DNA from: an uncultured Chloroflexia bacterium
GTDB lineage: Bacteria; Chloroflexota; Anaerolineae; CG2-30-64-16
DNA length: 64,000 nt
Assembly: GCA_963810095.1 (NCBI GenBank)
Contig: CAWEMM010000014.1
Coordinates: 1-64,000, forward strand
Direction: 5' to 3'
The position numbers and the translations under genes are program-made. Positions 63,063 to 64,000 of this stretch are shown here, piece by piece. Position 1 is the stretch's first letter; every line of letters starts with the position of its first letter. The notes beneath the pieces were generated by a model, which was not told the origin of the DNA, ran no database searches, and saw only the letters and a list, made by a program, of their open reading frames with translations.

Positions 63063-64000
63063 TCACGCAAGCTCCAACGCGTCGATCAGGCTCAGGGCGG
63101 TGTGATAGCCCGGATCTGCATCCGGGTAGGCCGGCATGAGGTCGAGCGCCTGTCCGTCTGCACCGCGCAGCTTGACCGCCATGAGGTGCAGACCGGGGCG
63201 GACGTAATGCTGCACGAAAGCGTTGTGCGACAGGGCCAGAATCTCCAGGCACTCCGCCCGGTCCGCGTCTGTCTCAGCCACCTGCGCCGCGGCCAATCCC
63301 GCTCGAATCGTCTCCGGCAGGCTCCACCACGGCATCGTGTCGTCGACCGGCCGGCGTGTGAGCAGGTCGACGGTCTTGCAGATGCCGCCAACGTCCGCTC
63401 GGTAGCCGTTTGCGAACGCGCGGGCGAGCAGGCCCGGCATCGCACGCTCCATGTCTCCCATCTCGGCAAGTTGCGCGCCGGTGGCGCCACCGTAGCGGCG
63501 GACGGCTTGGCTGAACTTCAGGAACAGGCCGGCAAATTCTAGCGAGTGGCCGGGATCAGAAATCACCCGGCCCGATTCGTCGAGCAGCGGCTTGCCTTCC
63601 TCGTCGACGTATTCGACCAGGTCGTACTCTTGCAGTTCGGGCCATTTCTGTCCCAGGTTGACATGGTTTTCAATGACATAACGGGCCAGCGATAGGCCCA
63701 TGGCCGTGCTCTCCGGGCCCGGTTCGAATTGCGCGAAGAGGGCAGCCATCCCCAGGGCAATCATGGCCGGGCCATGCGTGAAGGCGCGGTCGACCCAGGC
63801 CCGAGCCCCGAAGGTGGGCTGGGGCTGGTCGCTGCGGAAGGTCCGCGCCAGGATGTCGCGATAGACGTCGAGGCAGAAGGCCCGTGCTTCTCTGGCGGCC
63901 GCCGCGTTGCCCACCAGGTTCGCCGCCGCAAACATCCCCTTGGCGCCGAACAGGTCGCTGTAGCCGTACGGTGAGCCGGCCTGCAGGTGCAGCGGCAAGC
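63063..64000 (-). CDS. AGE-family (N-acylglucosamine 2-epimerase-like) protein, 5' end outside the window
   Basis: DPGHSLEFAG, WWSLPETIRA and DPGYH motifs of the AGE (alpha/alpha)6 barrel family. Confidence 0.75.
   Translation of the reverse strand, partial: LPLHLQAGSPYGYSDLFGAKGMFAAANLVGNAAAAREARAFCLDVYRDILARTFRSDQPQPTFGARAWVDRAFTHGPAMIALGMAALFAQFEPGPESTAMGLSLARYVIENHVNLGQKWPELQEYDLVEYVDEEGKPLLDESGRVISDPGHSLEFAGLFLKFSQAVRRYGGATGAQLAEMGDMERAMPGLLARAFANGYRADVGGICKTVDLLTRRPVDDTMPWWSLPETIRAGLAAAQVAETDADRAECLEILALSHNAFVQHYVRPGLHLMAVKLRGADGQALDLMPAYPDADPGYHTALSLIDALELA

Overview
High-GC bacterial chromosomal segment, most likely Chloroflexota (Anaerolineae/Caldilineae-like). This is inferred from a GAAC-N4-GTTC LexA box, a secreted protein ending in VFLPLTRR, and the small membrane proteins of the cytochrome operon. 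About 20 genes carry single-base indel frameshifts, including uvrB and a type II topoisomerase A subunit. This points to uncorrected long-read errors, so genes were reconstructed across frames by eye. Contents from left to right: a low-GC DUF262+HEPN putative defence pair at the 3' end of tRNA-Leu(TAA); an FGGY kinase; a polyphosphate locus (two coupled atypical thymidylate-kinase-like genes, ppk2, and a CYTH-HTH-degenerate HD-CHAD fusion); nagA and a SIS deaminase; uvrB with a LexA box followed by a GyrA/ParC subunit with a long basic tail; a membrane-anchored GH3-like protein with an altered catalytic loop beside a Ser/Thr kinase and an FHA-winged-helix regulator; hemW, nudC, a metallophosphoesterase and an MFS; SAM-I riboswitch-metX-metW; uup, DUF1638 and a nucleoside kinase; a MarR-ABC exporter; a GT-C-like protein; rocD; DUF6483; an AAA/DUF4143 ATPase; a heptaheme cytochrome/4Fe-4S/NrfD operon whose members share an LRIGVP helix; a desaturase-like gene; a NarL-type two-component system; a GT39-like transferase; a P-type ATPase with PNGL instead of PEGL; M28 and M35 peptidases; a beta-helix surface protein; proBA; and a partial AGE-family epimerase. 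Intergenic spaces hold several families of palindromic elements with 8- or 9-nt internal periodicity. The best candidates for undescribed systems are the polyphosphate locus, the GH3-kinase-FHA module, the LRIGVP-helix redox complex and the periodic palindromes.
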